Part shown: piece after piece, positions 34,700 to 36,280 of the stretch
How the letters are laid out: the number at the start of each line of letters is the position of its first letter
Position numbering within the stretch: position 1 is the stretch's first letter
From: Octopus bimaculoides
Lineage: Eukaryota
DNA length: 36,280 nucleotides
Assembly: GCF_001194135.2 (NCBI RefSeq)
Contig: NC_068986.1
Coordinates: 54,029,767 to 54,066,046, forward strand
Direction of reading: 5' to 3'
Notes under the pieces: generated by a model
The model's input: only the letters and a program-made list of their open reading frames with translations
Told to the model about the DNA's origin: nothing
The model's database searches: none
Program-made: the position numbers and the translations under genes

Positions 34700-35714
34700 A
34701 CATACGTATGTATGTATGTATGTATGTATGTATGTATGTATGTATGTATGTGTATGTGTGCATATATATATGTATATATACATGCATATTTATATGTATA
34801 TATATATATATATANNNNNNNNNNNNNNNNNNNNNNNNNNNNNNNNNNNNNNNNNNNNNNNNNNNNNNNNNNNNNNNNNNNNNNNNNNNNNNNNNNNNNN
34901 NNNNNNNNNNNNNNNNNNNNNNNNNNNNNNNNNNNNNNNNNNNNNNNNNNNNNNNNNNNNNNNNNNNNNNNNNNNNNNNNNNNNNNNNNNNNNNNNNNNN
35001 NNNNNNNNNNNNNNNNNNNNNNNNNNNNNNNNNNNNNNNNNNNNNNNNNNNNNNNNNNNNNNNNNNNNNNNNNNNNNNNNNNNNNNNNNNNNNNNNNNNN
35101 NNNNNNNNNNNNNNNNNNNNNNNNNNNNNNNNNNNNNNNNNNNNNNNNNNNNNNNNNNNNNNNNNNNNNNNNNNNNNNNNNNNNNNNNNNNNNNNNNNNN
35201 NNNNNNNNNNNNNNNNNNNNNNNNNNNNNNNNNNNNNNNNNNNNNNNNNNNNNNNNNNNNNNNNNNNNNNNNNNNNNNNNNNNNNNNNNNNNNNNNNNNN
35301 NNNNNNNNNNNNNNNNNNNNNNNNNNNNNNNNNNNNNNNNNNNNNNNNNNNNNNNNNNNNNNNNNNNNNNNNNNNNNNNNNNNNNNNNNNNNNNNNNNNN
35401 NNNNNNNNNNNNNNNNNNNNNNNNNNNNNNNNNNNNNNNNNNNNNNNNNNNNNNNNNNNNNNNNNNNNNNNNNNNNNNNNNNNNNNNNNNNNNNNNNNNN
35501 NNNNNNNNNNNNNNNNNNNNNNNNNNNNNNNNNNNNNNNNNNNNNNNNNNNNNNNNNNNNNNNNNNNNNNNNNNNNNNNNNNNNNNNNNNNNNNNNNNNN
35601 NNNNNNNNNNNNNNNNNNNNNNNNNNNNNNNNNNNNNNNNNNNNNNNNNNNNNNNNNNNNNNNNNNNNNNNNNNNNNNNNNNNNNNNNNNNNNNNNNNNN
35701 NNNNNNNNNNNNNN

Positions 35715-35764
<50 letters not shown>

Positions 35765-36232
35765 TGAACACATACATACATGTGTATACATACAGACGTA
35801 CACACACATATATGTACATGCATATATACATATATATATGTATACATATATACATATATATACATATATATACATATATATGTGTATATGTGTGTGCATA
35901 TGTATGTTTGTGTGTATGTATGTTTCTATCTCTCTCTCTATCTGTCTGTCTATCTGTCTGTCTGTCTGTCTTTCAATTTATCTGCATATATGATCAATGT
36001 ACGTAAGTATGCAAATACAGTATCTATGCAAATTTACGTAGGCATTTGTATGTATTTAAATTAACAATGATTTTAGTTATGCAGCATCAGAAGCGATATA
36101 ATATATAATTAACATTAAATTGATATAGAAGAAGACACCCACTCACCTCGACTCCACTGTCTCCTGGTTTAATGTTAATGCCACAACTAATAATAATAGA
36201 TAACCCCATATATATATATAAATCTATATATG

Positions 36233-36280
<48 letters not shown>
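34700..36280. repeat. (TATG)n/(TA)n/(TCTG)n low-complexity DNA around gap 34815-35714
   Basis: Visible in sequence. Confidence 0.85.

Overview
AT-rich, repeat-saturated animal genomic DNA from a gapped short-read scaffold (12 N-gaps, about 4.9 kb). The SINE sequences and dense microsatellites resemble Octopus (inference from recall, not a database search). I find no supportable host gene, true tRNA/rRNA gene or CRISPR array, and almost all listed ORFs are microsatellite or N-gap artefacts. Mobile elements: two pogo/Tigger remnants; a ~412-bp hAT deletion derivative with an exact 8-bp TSD; two Tx1/L1-clade LINE fragments, one flanked on both sides by (ATCT)n and one interrupted by a SINE; a C-terminal stub of an R4/Dong-like LINE next to (TACA)n; a Penelope-like element (PLE) whose RT half is inverted relative to its GIY-YIG half; a ~1-kb non-autonomous Helitron; a 384-bp foldback element; and over 20 SINE-like copies in at least four families. 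The most interesting signals are two minimal hammerhead-ribozyme-like motifs (one a U3/A8 covariant at the PLE 3' end), the twin-priming-like PLE inversion, head-to-tail SINE arrays, and an apparent pairing of different retroelements with different microsatellite motifs. These are unusual instances of known element classes. I cannot support a wholly new system from this window alone.
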